Assembly (NCBI GenBank): GCA_018067145.1
Contig: JAGPVD010000158.1
Coordinates: 15,850 to 79,849, forward strand
DNA length: 64,000 bases
Direction of reading: 5' to 3'
From: Methyloceanibacter sp.
GTDB taxonomy: Bacteria > Pseudomonadota > Alphaproteobacteria > Rhizobiales > Methyloligellaceae
This document shows, piece by piece, positions 1-9,214 of the stretch. A model generated the notes under the pieces. It was not told the DNA's origin and made no database searches. It saw nothing but the letters and a program-made list of their open reading frames with translations. The position numbers were made by a program, and so were the translations under genes. Each line of letters opens with the position of its first letter. The first letter of the stretch is position 1.

Positions 1-1
1 G

Positions 2-2269
2 AAACCGTCCTGGCCCGCACCCCGCACCGACCGCAAAGACCCCTACGCCATCAGGGTGCTGCTCCTGCTCGGGCTCATCGTCGCCGCGCTGGCCGCAGGG
101 GCCGATAGCCGGACGCGCCTCGCCGCGGCCTTCTCGCCCGCCACCGGCAGCACCACAAATGCGCTGCTCAGGCTCGATGCCTGGGTGACACCGCCGATCT
201 ACACCAGCATGGCGCCCATCGTTCTGGCCGACGGCAGCGAGACCGTGGGCGCAGGCTCGGAAACCTTCCGCGCGCTGTCGGTGCCGGAGCGGAGCCAGCT
301 CATCGTTCGCACTCACGTGCCAGACGGCGACAGCGTGAGCCTAACCATCCGCAAAGGCAGCACCGCCGAGCCAAAAACCATCGAGCCCAAGACTGGCGGC
401 GCGACGGGGCTGATCGAGTTCAATGTCGGTGTCATGGAACCGCTCACCGCCGATGTCAGGATTGGCGGGCAGACCGTCGCCCAATGGCAATTTTCTTTGA
501 TCGAAGATGCATCCCCGACGATCGCCCTCACAAGCGATCCCAACACCACGCCGCGCGGCGCGCTCCGGCTCCTCTATAGCGCGCTCGACGATTACGGCGT
601 GGCCAGCGCCGAGGCCCAATTTGCCCTGGCTGCTGGCGAGGACCAGGCTTTCGTTCCCCCCGCGCCCGGCGAAGAAGTTGGCGAGGACGATCTGGTCGAG
701 GCGAACCCGCTTTTCACTCCCCCGGTCATGCCACTTCAACTGCCGCAGACTAACGCCAAGAAAGTCAAAGGCCGCGCCACACAGGACCTCTCTGCACATC
801 CTTGGGCTGGATTAAAAGTTCGCATGACCCTCATCGCCCGCGACCAAGCGGAACAGGCGGGCAAGAGTCAGGTCTATGAATTCGCACTGCCGGAGCGGAC
901 CTTTACCGAGCCGCTCGCTAAAGCCGTGGTCGAACAGCGCAAGAAGCTGGTGCGCGAACCCGCTGCACTGGCAACCGTCGCGCGGGCCATCGACGCACTG
1001 ACGCTTGGCGAGGAGAGGGTCATCGACGACCGCGTGGTTTATCTCTCGTTGCGCAATAGCTATTGGCGCCTCCTGAACGACGATTCGCGTGACAGTGTTG
1101 CCAGCGTGGTCGATCAGCTCTGGGCCACAGCGCTCCGCATTGAAGAAGGCGACCTGCCCGAGGCTGAGCGCGAACTTAAAAACGCTCAAGACGCGCTCAA
1201 GAAGGCGCTTGCGGACAATGCTCCGGCCGACGAGATCCAGCGCCGCGTCGACGAACTTCGCGCCGCGCTCGGCCGTTATCTCCAAGCGCTGGCCGAGCAG
1301 CAACAAGACGCCGCCGACATGCCTCAGCAAGAGGCCAAGGACGGCGAACAGCTCGTGTCGGAGCAAGACCTCGACAAGCTCCTAGAGAGCATCCAGGACC
1401 TTTCCGAGGCAGGCTCCAAGGAGCAGGCCGAGCGCATGCTGTCCGAGCTGAACGACATTCTTGAGCGGTTGCAGACCGGAAATCTCCCCAAGAACGCAAA
1501 GCAGAAACGCGCCAACGAGATGATGAAGGACCTCGACGATGTGGTCTCCGATCAGCAAAAGCTACTCGACGACACCTTCGAGGAAAAGCGCCAGCGTCAG
1601 GGCAAAGGCGGCGGTGGCGACCAGTTCAAAGTGAGCCCGCCCAACCAGTCCATGGATTTCGGACAGGGCATGGGCAAGGCCCCGTTCCAGGATCAACTGC
1701 CGCAAAGCGGACAAAGCGGCGCCAAGGCCCAAGGCCAGTCGGGCCGGCAGGGTAACGCTCCCGGCGACGGCGAGACGCAGCGCGGCCAGCAGCAAAGCCA
1801 ACGGCAAGGTGAGCTCGCCAAGCGCCAGAAAAAACTACGCGACAAGCTGCAGCAGCTGATGGAGCGCATGCGTGCCGAAGGCGGCGACGCGTCGAAAGAA
1901 TTCGGCGGCGCCGAAGAAGCCATGGAAGACGCCGAGGAGGCGCTGGCGGACCGCGATCTTGAGAGCGCTACCCAAAACCAAAGCTTGGCGCTGGACCGAA
2001 TGCGCAAGGGCTCGCAGGCCATGGCGCAGGAAATGATGGAGAATGGCGAGATGCAGGCGGGCCGCGGGCCCGGCAGCAATGGGCGCGATCCGCTTGGCCG
2101 CCCTGACCGTTCCAACCGCCCCGACCTCGGACTATCCTCCCAGGTTCCCGACAAGATCGACATTCAGCGGGCGCGCGAAGTGCTCGACGAGCTGCGCCGT
2201 AGGATTGGCGATCCCTCGCGGACGACGCTAGAGCTCGACTATCTCGAGCGCCTCATCCGCTCGTTCTAG
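2..2269 (+). CDS. TIGR02302/DUF4175 family membrane-anchored coiled-coil protein (5' end lies outside the window)
   Basis: Frame open from position 2 (..RKDPYAIR..). Motifs LDAWVTPPIYT, DLSAHPWAG, LWATALRIEEG, Q/G-rich linker and C-terminal ELDYLERL are typical of TIGR02302. Confidence 0.85.
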   Translation, partial: KPSWPAPRTDRKDPYAIRVLLLLGLIVAALAAGADSRTRLAAAFSPATGSTTNALLRLDAWVTPPIYTSMAPIVLADGSETVGAGSETFRALSVPERSQLIVRTHVPDGDSVSLTIRKGSTAEPKTIEPKTGGATGLIEFNVGVMEPLTADVRIGGQTVAQWQFSLIEDASPTIALTSDPNTTPRGALRLLYSALDDYGVASAEAQFALAAGEDQAFVPPAPGEEVGEDDLVEANPLFTPPVMPLQLPQTNAKKVKGRATQDLSAHPWAGLKVRMTLIARDQAEQAGKSQVYEFALPERTFTEPLAKAVVEQRKKLVREPAALATVARAIDALTLGEERVIDDRVVYLSLRNSYWRLLNDDSRDSVASVVDQLWATALRIEEGDLPEAERELKNAQDALKKALADNAPADEIQRRVDELRAALGRYLQALAEQQQDAADMPQQEAKDGEQLVSEQDLDKLLESIQDLSEAGSKEQAERMLSELNDILERLQTGNLPKNAKQKRANEMMKDLDDVVSDQQKLLDDTFEEKRQRQGKGGGGDQFKVSPPNQSMDFGQGMGKAPFQDQLPQSGQSGAKAQGQSGRQGNAPGDGETQRGQQQSQRQGELAKRQKKLRDKLQQLMERMRAEGGDASKEFGGAEEAMEDAEEALADRDLESATQNQSLALDRMRKGSQAMAQEMMENGEMQAGRGPGSNGRDPLGRPDRSNRPDLGLSSQVPDKIDIQRAREVLDELRRRIGDPSRTTLELDYLERLIRSF

Positions 2270-2274
2270 ATCCC

Positions 2275-3378
2275 ATGCTCGATAAGATCGTAAGTTTCTT
2301 CCCCCGTGTTTTCGAAGCGATGGGACGTGGCGTCGGCCTCGCCGTCGCGTTTGTGCTGAAGCCATTCGTGTGGATCGGCCAGTGGGTCACCCGCCGCGGC
2401 ATCATCGTCAAAGCTGTGCTCGGCACACTCCTTCTCTGCCTCGTGGTTCTCTACGGCTATTTCTTCTGGGCGACGCAGCGCTGGGCGGATTTCGATCCGG
2501 ACTACGCGACCGCCTACGAAGGTGCGGGCGAGACGCCAGCCAAGCCCGCAGCAGGCGAGGAACAGTCTTGCCAGCGCTCTCTCATCGTCGACGCGACCGC
2601 CGGTCTGGTCGACTTTAACGTCAATCAGAATGCGTGGCTGTCTTCGATGATCCTCTACAAGCTCGGCCTGTTCGGGCTCGCTTGGGACAAGACGCCATTC
2701 TTCGACAACAAGGCGTCGTTCCAGCGCGGCGTGAACCAGGCAATCCGCCGCACGACTGTCGAGCTTGTCGATACCTTGGGGCGCGTGCGCGGCACGTCGC
2801 AGATCGATCCCAATCTGCAAGCCGCGCGCGGCAATCTCCAGTTCGACGAGAGCACTTGGTATTTCAGCTTAAGCCCGTTCGGTCCGAAGACACCGACGCC
2901 AAGTTTCTATCGTGCGGCCATAAAAGACCTGAATGCGTTCAACGATCGGCTGGAAAAATGCGAGGCCGTGTTCGACGCGCGCGCCGACAACCTGCTGCAA
3001 TTCGTCGACCGCATCGCCTATGACATCGGCGCAACGTCGGCCATCCTGCGTGAGCGTTCAGAGAACTATAGCAGCGGCTGGTTTGACACCCGCGCCGACG
3101 ACCGCTTCTGGTTCGCCTACGGCCAACTCTACGGCTATCACAGCATCCTCACCGCGGCCCGCGCCGACTTCCGTGACGTGATCGCCCAGCGCCGTCTCAA
3201 ACCGCTATGGTCCGAGCTTGAGGAGCAATTGCGCGCCTCGCTCAGCATCCAACCGACGATCATTTCGAACGGTGCTGAGTCCGGCTGGCTGATGCCATCC
3301 CATCTCGCCACGCTCGGCTTCTACGTCTTGCGCGTGCGATCGAATCTGGTCGAGGTCAGGCTGGTGCTGGACCGGTAG
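2275..3378 (+). CDS. DUF2333 family protein
   Basis: N-terminal TM segment. FFDNKASFQRG, FDARADNL and ADDRFWFAYGQLY motifs. Confidence 0.75.
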   Translation: MLDKIVSFFPRVFEAMGRGVGLAVAFVLKPFVWIGQWVTRRGIIVKAVLGTLLLCLVVLYGYFFWATQRWADFDPDYATAYEGAGETPAKPAAGEEQSCQRSLIVDATAGLVDFNVNQNAWLSSMILYKLGLFGLAWDKTPFFDNKASFQRGVNQAIRRTTVELVDTLGRVRGTSQIDPNLQAARGNLQFDESTWYFSLSPFGPKTPTPSFYRAAIKDLNAFNDRLEKCEAVFDARADNLLQFVDRIAYDIGATSAILRERSENYSSGWFDTRADDRFWFAYGQLYGYHSILTAARADFRDVIAQRRLKPLWSELEEQLRASLSIQPTIISNGAESGWLMPSHLATLGFYVLRVRSNLVEVRLVLDR

Positions 3379-3388
3379 GCTTAAGCAA

Positions 3389-3928
3389 TCAGCCTTCAAG
3401 CACACCGATATAGGGCAACTCGCGGTATCGATTGTCGAGGTCCATGCCGTAGCCGACCACGAACTCTACTGGGCATTCGAACCCGATGAAGTCTGGCGTG
3501 ACCGTCACGCGGCGCGGCACTTGTTTGTCGAGCAAGATGCAGGTCTTGACCGAGTGAGCGCCACGCGCCGCCAGAAGTTCCTTGGCGAAGACGAGCGTAC
3601 GACCGGAATCCAAAATATCATCGACGATCACAACGTCGCGCCCGGCAAGCGCCGTTTCCACGTCACGCAGCACTTTGACCTCGCCACCGACGGTACCGGA
3701 GCCGTAGCTCGCGAGAAACATGAAATCGATTTCCGGATGAAGCCCTTGGCGGTGCAGCGCCCGGATCATGTCTGCGGCGAAGATGAAACTGCCCTTCAAG
3801 ACCGCGACGATGATGAGATTGTCTAGCTTGGCGGCGGCGATATCGCAGGCCAGCGCCTCGACCCGGCGCGCAATGGTCTCGGTACTGAACAGCGGCTTGA
3901 TAGTCTCCGCCACAGCACTTCCCGCCAT
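3389..3928 (-). CDS. hpt: hypoxanthine phosphoribosyltransferase
   Basis: VLKGSFIF, PRPP motif VIVDDILDSGRTL, FVVGYGMD, YRELPYIG. Confidence 0.95.
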   Translation of the reverse strand: MAGSAVAETIKPLFSTETIARRVEALACDIAAAKLDNLIIVAVLKGSFIFAADMIRALHRQGLHPEIDFMFLASYGSGTVGGEVKVLRDVETALAGRDVVIVDDILDSGRTLVFAKELLAARGAHSVKTCILLDKQVPRRVTVTPDFIGFECPVEFVVGYGMDLDNRYRELPYIGVLEG

Positions 3929-3970
3929 GCTTCGTTCGCCTTCTTAGAGTGGGGCGTTCGTTCGCCTTGG

Positions 3971-5242
3971 CTACTTCACTTGGGTGAAGCGAACCTTGAT
4001 GCTGCGAACATTGCTCGGTGGCGACGGGATCTGTCGCAAGAACGGAGCCTCTTCGCCGGCATTGAGTTCGGCCGAGCCCACCTCCGTCGTCCATTCGGAG
4101 ATCTCCTCGCCCTTCTCATCGCGAAGCGCAATGACGACCGTCGGCACGGCCATGTTGTTCGAGCTCGTATTGCGCACATTGCCCTGAACTTCGAGCACCG
4201 TCTGGCTGCCGTCATTGGTCCAGCCATAGCGGACACCTTCGAAGGCGAGTCCGTTGGCGCCAACCGGCATGCCGAACAGCGAATAGACGCGCGCGGCCCC
4301 TGGCAGCATGGAAACCGTGGTAGATGGGGCAAACATAAACAGGCTGACGACGATAAGGACGATCAGCGCCAGGATGCCCCAGCCAATGGCCACGATCGGC
4401 AAAGGCTTCTTGCGCGCAGACTTTGGGGGCGTCTCGCCGAATGCCGCGGCGACCAGAGCCGGGTCTGCAAGCGCGGCATCGGACTGCTCTTCCTCAGGAA
4501 ATCCAGCGTCGAAGGCCGCATCAGCAGATGCGGCCGCGGTGAAGCTTCCTTCGGGCGGCAGCGGAGGAGCCTCGGACGGAACCGGCTCTGATGCCGATGG
4601 CTCAGCGGCGGCGCCCTTGTTCTTGCCCATGATCTTGGTGAACAGGCCGCCTATCTTGGATTTAGTCGACTCGGGCGGCACGGACGGCGGAGCCATCTCG
4701 GTCTCCGCATTCATCTGCGCAACCTGAGCGGCGAGATCAACGCCGCCATATTCGGCATCGCCCTGTGTAGCCGGCGGCAGACCCGACGGCGCGGGTTCTG
4801 GCGGCGGAGGCGGCGGTGCGGCCTGAGCTTGAGGAGGAGGCGGCGGTGCGGGCTGCATAGCGGGAGGCGGCGCCGGTGCAGCCTGGGGTGGCGGCGGAGG
4901 CGCCTGAGGCGCGGGTGCCTGCGGTGCGGGAGCTTGGGGTGCTGGCGCCTGGGGCGGGACTGGGCGCGCGCGTGCTTGAGGCACTGCCGGTGCGGGAGCC
5001 TGAGGCGCTGGTGCCTGGGGCGCCGCCGCCGCCGGTGCTTGAGGCGTCGGGGCCTTCGGAGCGGCCTGCGGCGCTGGCGTCGAAGCAGGTGCTGCAGCCG
5101 GCGCCAGCGGCTCCGCGTCTACAGGCTTTGCCTGCCACACATGGCTGCACTTTGCGCAGCGAACCTTGCGCCCTTCGGGTGGAAACGCCGCTTTGACTTC
5201 ATAGCGAGTCTCGCACGCCGGGCATTTAATCTGTGTTGCCAT
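3971..5242 (-). CDS. zitP: ZitP-like bitopic protein: MJ0042-type zinc ribbon, Pro/Ala/Gln linker, TM, DUF3426-like domain
   Basis: CPAC..RY..GRKVRCAKC..W zinc finger at the N-terminus, one TM helix, C-terminal periplasmic domain. Divergent from ftsE, as I recall for Caulobacter zitP. Start placed at ATG 5242. Confidence 0.75.
   Translation of the reverse strand: MATQIKCPACETRYEVKAAFPPEGRKVRCAKCSHVWQAKPVDAEPLAPAAAPASTPAPQAAPKAPTPQAPAAAAPQAPAPQAPAPAVPQARARPVPPQAPAPQAPAPQAPAPQAPPPPPQAAPAPPPAMQPAPPPPPQAQAAPPPPPPEPAPSGLPPATQGDAEYGGVDLAAQVAQMNAETEMAPPSVPPESTKSKIGGLFTKIMGKNKGAAAEPSASEPVPSEAPPLPPEGSFTAAASADAAFDAGFPEEEQSDAALADPALVAAAFGETPPKSARKKPLPIVAIGWGILALIVLIVVSLFMFAPSTTVSMLPGAARVYSLFGMPVGANGLAFEGVRYGWTNDGSQTVLEVQGNVRNTSSNNMAVPTVVIALRDEKGEEISEWTTEVGSAELNAGEEAPFLRQIPSPPSNVRSIKVRFTQVK
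4790..5110 (-). repeat. low-complexity coding tandem repeats (PQAPA)n and poly-Pro in the zitP-like linker
   Basis: Repeated 15-nt-like units encoding PQAPA and APPPP. Confidence 0.7.
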
Positions 5243-5379
5243 TTGAAAAGCCAAAATTCGTCCGCCACTCGAGGAAAATGCGGACGCCCCATGCAGTTGC
5301 CCAATTCCATTGATACCTAACCCGGAGTTCAGCATAAAGAACCATTGGTCGGCAATGTTAAGAGACTTAAGGAATTCGG

Positions 5380-6042
5380 GTGATCCGCTTTGACAATGTC
5401 GGCCTTCGCTACGGTTCAGGCCCGGAAATCTTACGCGACGTCACTTTTCACGTGCTTCCGGGGTCTTTTCACTTCCTGACCGGACCCTCAGGAGCCGGAA
5501 AATCTACGCTTCTGCGGCTTCTTTTTATGTCGCTGAGGCCATCGCGCGGCCTGATTTTCGTATTCGGCGAGAATGTCGCCGACCTTCCGCGGCCCGGCCG
5601 GGCCGCGCTGAGACGCCGAATTGGCATCGTCTTTCAGGATTTTCGCCTGCTCGACCACCTCACCACCTGGGAAAATGTGGCGCTGCCGCTCCGTGTCATG
5701 GGCAAAAAAGAGTCCGATTACGCCGAGGACGTGACTGATCTCCTGCGCTGGGTCGGCCTTGGCGAGCGCATCCACGCTTATCCTGAGATTCTGTCTGGCG
5801 GCGAGAAACAACGCGCGGCCATCGCCCGCGCCGTAATCACCCGGCCCGAGCTGCTGCTTGCCGATGAGCCCACGGGCAATGTCGACCCGGCCATTGGCAA
5901 TCGGCTGCTCCGGCTCTTTGTCGAACTCAACCGGCTCGGCACGTCAGTGATTCTCGCGACGCATGACTATTCCCTGATGGAGCAGCTTGAGGCGCCGCGC
6001 CTCATGCTCGACGAGGGCCAGTTGAAGGTCAGCGGCACGTGA
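5380..6042 (+). CDS. ftsE: cell division ATP-binding protein FtsE
   Basis: GPSGAGKST, RRRIGIVFQDFRLL, LSGGEKQR, LADEPTGNVD. Confidence 0.95.
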   Translation: MIRFDNVGLRYGSGPEILRDVTFHVLPGSFHFLTGPSGAGKSTLLRLLFMSLRPSRGLIFVFGENVADLPRPGRAALRRRIGIVFQDFRLLDHLTTWENVALPLRVMGKKESDYAEDVTDLLRWVGLGERIHAYPEILSGGEKQRAAIARAVITRPELLLADEPTGNVDPAIGNRLLRLFVELNRLGTSVILATHDYSLMEQLEAPRLMLDEGQLKVSGT

Positions 6043-7037
6043 GCCTGATCTCCGACATTCAGGACTATCCCTGGACGAGCCTGCTTGCCGGCATTTTGCC
6101 CGCCCGGCTCACCGCGCTGCTGCCCGCGCGCTTCCAGGTCACGGGCGCGCAGATCGTGCCGCCGACGTCGATCGTCGGCAACGCGCTGACCGTCGTGCTC
6201 GCCATCATGACGTTCCTCGCCTGCCTCACGGCCGGCGGCGTCTACATGGTCAATCAATCGGCGAACGCCTGGGTCGACGACATTGCGAGTGAGATCACCA
6301 TCGAGCTCGATCCCGTGAACACCGCCGACATCGAAAAGAAGATGACGCTGGTGTCGCTGTTCCTCGCCAAGCAGAGGGGCATCACCAGAGTCAAACCACT
6401 CACCGCAGAAGATAGCGCGAAGCTGCTCGAGCCATGGCTCGGCGAAACCGTGTCAATCTCCGCGCTGCCGATCCCGCGCCTCATCGCGGTGGAGATCGAC
6501 CGCTCCAGCCCGCCCGACATCGACGTCATCAAGACAGCGCTGACGCAAAACTTCGACGGCGTCACGTTGGATGACCACCGTCGTTGGCAGGCCGAGATTC
6601 GCACGATCACGCGCTCGACCGCACTCGGCGGCATCGCCGTGCTCGGGCTGGTCGCCGCCGCGACAATTGCCGTAATCATTTTTGCCACACGCAGCGCCAT
6701 GTCCTCTAACAGAAAGATCATCGAAGTGCTGCACTTCGTCGGCGCCCAAGAGCGCTTCATTTCAAGCGAGTTCGAGCGGCACTTTCTCGGGCTCGGGGTT
6801 CGTGCTGGTCTCATGGGCGCCTTCGCTGCCGCGGTCGCCTTCCAACTGCTGCCCCTAATGATGTATTTGCTCGGCGGCGGCGCCGTTACCGCGGCCGAAA
6901 CCCGCCGCCTATTGGGGTCCGGCGAACTCGATATCGGCGGCTATCTGCTTTGCCTGCTCGTGGTCGTGGTGGTGGCGGGCCTGTGCATGCTCACCTCGCG
7001 GCTGGGCGTATTCCGCGTCCTCAAGTCCTACGCATGA
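6039..7037 (+). CDS. ftsX: cell division permease FtsX
   Basis: GTGA overlap with ftsE. LLEPWLG, LPIPRLI, LDDHRRW, IEVLHFVGA motifs and 4 TMs. Confidence 0.9.
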   Translation: MSLISDIQDYPWTSLLAGILPARLTALLPARFQVTGAQIVPPTSIVGNALTVVLAIMTFLACLTAGGVYMVNQSANAWVDDIASEITIELDPVNTADIEKKMTLVSLFLAKQRGITRVKPLTAEDSAKLLEPWLGETVSISALPIPRLIAVEIDRSSPPDIDVIKTALTQNFDGVTLDDHRRWQAEIRTITRSTALGGIAVLGLVAAATIAVIIFATRSAMSSNRKIIEVLHFVGAQERFISSEFERHFLGLGVRAGLMGAFAAAVAFQLLPLMMYLLGGGAVTAAETRRLLGSGELDIGGYLLCLLVVVVVAGLCMLTSRLGVFRVLKSYA

Positions 7038-7125
7038 CCCGCTTGAGAATCATCAGTAAATGCGATTTCGCGCAGGACTGTTTATGCCTATTCTGCGGCG
7101 CGCCAGAGCGGGTTCGGGGTGAGCA

Positions 7126-7836
7126 GTGAGCGAAGACGCCAAAGACATAGACGGGCCAGCAGGCCGTCGGCACTTTCGCCGTTTCGGCGGCATGGTGGGC
7201 ATCGCCAGGTTGCTGTTCGATGCAGCGATCCTGCTGCTCGTCATGCTGATCATCGGCTTCATCGTGTTCGCCAACAGCGTGGACCGGGAGCGGGTTGAGC
7301 CGGCTCATGCCGCTGACGGCATCGCCGTCTTGACGGGCGGCATGGCACGCATCGATGAGGCCATGAAGCTTCTTGCCAAGGGCAAAGCGAAACGCGTGCT
7401 CATTACCGGAGTCAACCAGGCGACCACAAAGGAACAGTTGAAGCGGCTCGCGAGCCAGGGCGGTCAATATTTCGCCTGCTGCGTCGACATCGACAAAGAG
7501 GCCCTGAACACGATCGACAACGCAACCGAGACGGCTCAGTGGGCGGCGCTCCATCGCTACGGCTCGATCATTGTCGTCACGTCGAACTATCACATGCCCC
7601 GGGCGCTGGCCGAGTTGGCGCGGGCCATACCGGGCGTGACGCTGGTTCCTTACCCTGTGGTCGACAACAATGTGCATTTGGAGCGCTGGTGGACCTATCC
7701 CGGCACCACGCGTCTCCTGCTGTCTGAGTATCTGAAATATCTGCCTGCGCTTGGGAGGCTCGGAGCCACTAATTTCGTGCGCCTGATCCTGTCGGGTGGC
7801 GGCGTTATCACCGCAGAGGATTTCCCGGAGCCGTAA
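7126..7836 (+). CDS. YdcF/DUF218 (ElyC-like) family protein
   Basis: ADGIAVLTGG, NTIDNA, VVTSNYHMPRA, SEYLKY. Confidence 0.85.
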   Translation: MSEDAKDIDGPAGRRHFRRFGGMVGIARLLFDAAILLLVMLIIGFIVFANSVDRERVEPAHAADGIAVLTGGMARIDEAMKLLAKGKAKRVLITGVNQATTKEQLKRLASQGGQYFACCVDIDKEALNTIDNATETAQWAALHRYGSIIVVTSNYHMPRALAELARAIPGVTLVPYPVVDNNVHLERWWTYPGTTRLLLSEYLKYLPALGRLGATNFVRLILSGGGVITAEDFPEP

Positions 7837-7850
7837 CGGCCCGGATAGCC

Positions 7851-8576
7851 ATGGCTAGATCGATCCTCTTCAGTATTCTGTTCTATGTGACGACGGCCCT
7901 GTTGGTCGTACTCGGCAGCCCGCTGCTGTTCATGCCGCGACGCTGGGCGATGGCGGCGCTCAAGCTCCATGCGCGGGTCGCGCTGTGGCTGCTCAAACAC
8001 ACAGTCGGTTTGAACTTCGAGCTGCGCGGCGGGGACAAGCTGCCAGACGGCCCCTGCCTGGTCGCCTCGAAGCATCAATCGGCGTGGGAAACCTTCGCGC
8101 TGATCCCGGTGTTTCGCGATCCCGCTTTGCTCATGAAGCGTGAGCTTTTCTGGATCCCGTTCCATGGCTGGTTCTCGACGAAGTTCAAAATGATCCCGGT
8201 CGACCGCGACAAGGGGCCGGCCGCGCTCCGCCGCATGCTTGCCGCCGCTAAGGACCGGATTGCCACTGGGCGCGAGATCGTCATCTTCCCCGAAGGCACC
8301 CGCCGCCAGCCAGGAGCGCCGCCCGCCTACAAGACCGGCATTGCACTCCTATACAACGCGCTCGACGTTCCTTGCGTGCCCGTGGCGCTCAACTCAGGTG
8401 CCTTCTGGTCCCGGCGGAGCTGGTACCGGGCGCCTGGCACCGTTGTCGTGGAGATCCTCGATCCCATCCCTCCAGGACTCCCCCGGGCAGAATTCCTGGT
8501 CCGCCTGCAAGAGGCTATCGAAACCGCCTCAAATCGCCTTGCAGCCGAGGCGGAGGCGAGCCGGAAAATCAGTTAA
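7851..8576 (+). CDS. plsC: 1-acyl-sn-glycerol-3-phosphate acyltransferase
   Basis: KHQSAWET, IFPEGTR, VPVALNSG. Confidence 0.85.
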   Translation: MARSILFSILFYVTTALLVVLGSPLLFMPRRWAMAALKLHARVALWLLKHTVGLNFELRGGDKLPDGPCLVASKHQSAWETFALIPVFRDPALLMKRELFWIPFHGWFSTKFKMIPVDRDKGPAALRRMLAAAKDRIATGREIVIFPEGTRRQPGAPPAYKTGIALLYNALDVPCVPVALNSGAFWSRRSWYRAPGTVVVEILDPIPPGLPRAEFLVRLQEAIETASNRLAAEAEASRKIS

Positions 8577-8587
8577 CCTCTTGTTAA
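8572..8587 (-). promoter_or_regulatory. CtrA-binding box (TTAA-N7-TTAAC)
   Basis: Minus strand reads TTAA-CAAGAGG-TTAAC, an exact consensus match, just upstream of a TTGACG -35-like hexamer at 8599. One half-site is the plsC stop codon. Confidence 0.55.
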
Positions 8588-8618
8588 GACTTAAAAGCTT
8601 GACGTCGAGGTCTGGCGT

Positions 8619-8633
8619 GTTCTATTTTTGTTC
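8619..8633 (+). promoter_or_regulatory. alphaproteobacterial LexA (SOS) box GTTC-N7-GTTC
   Basis: GTTC-TATTTTT-GTTC, overlapping the expected -10 region of the TTGACG promoter upstream of the 8727 gene. Confidence 0.75.
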
Positions 8634-8726
8634 CAGACAGATTCGTGATCGATGACGCCTTGAAATTCCTCTCGGTCAACCTATCTGAACTATTGTCGAA
8701 CTGGTTAACGGGACAGGATTCATCCG

Positions 8727-9146
8727 ATGTGGACGAGTGAAGCAGATGTCGTTGAGACTGCCCCTTGGGGGCCGGCCGATGAGCCTGCGTTGGTCTGCGC
8801 GGAGACCGAATTCGCCCAAGCCTTCCATTATTGGCGCGGGGCTTCGAGCCAGCGCTATCTCCACAGCGTCTATTCGCTGTTGGGCTGCCCCGCTTTGCCC
8901 CAAGCCAACTATATCTTAGTCCGCCGCCACGAGGACGGGACGCGCGAGGCGCTGGCCTTCGGCCAGACGAAGGCCGACGCCGTATCGCTTAATCTCGCCC
9001 ATTTGCGCCATGAGGGCGCCAAGTGCGGCGCCAACGAGGTGCATGTCCACCTCCTGGCCGACACTGCCGGCGACCGGACCCTGGTCGAGGCAGACCTAGC
9101 GGCTGCCCATATTCATCGGCAGACGGACAAAGCGATAGCGGCGTAG
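8727..9146 (+). CDS. conserved hypothetical protein, possibly a degenerate GIY-YIG-like fold, probably SOS-regulated
   Basis: 139-aa ORF filling the intergenic gap, with RBS-like AGGA upstream. Motifs FHYWRGAS..RY, ANYILVRR..AFGQT, HVHL..VEADL. Confidence 0.7.
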   Translation: MWTSEADVVETAPWGPADEPALVCAETEFAQAFHYWRGASSQRYLHSVYSLLGCPALPQANYILVRRHEDGTREALAFGQTKADAVSLNLAHLRHEGAKCGANEVHVHLLADTAGDRTLVEADLAAAHIHRQTDKAIAA

Positions 9147-9214
9147 CCGCAAGGCCGCTCAACCGCAATATTTCTTCAAAATCTGATTGTTGTGCTCGCC
9201 GCGAGGCGTTCAGC

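Noticed and set aside
5358-5370. CtrA box between zitP and ftsE
   Set aside because: TTAA-N5-TTAA spacing does not match the N7 consensus. Half-sites only.
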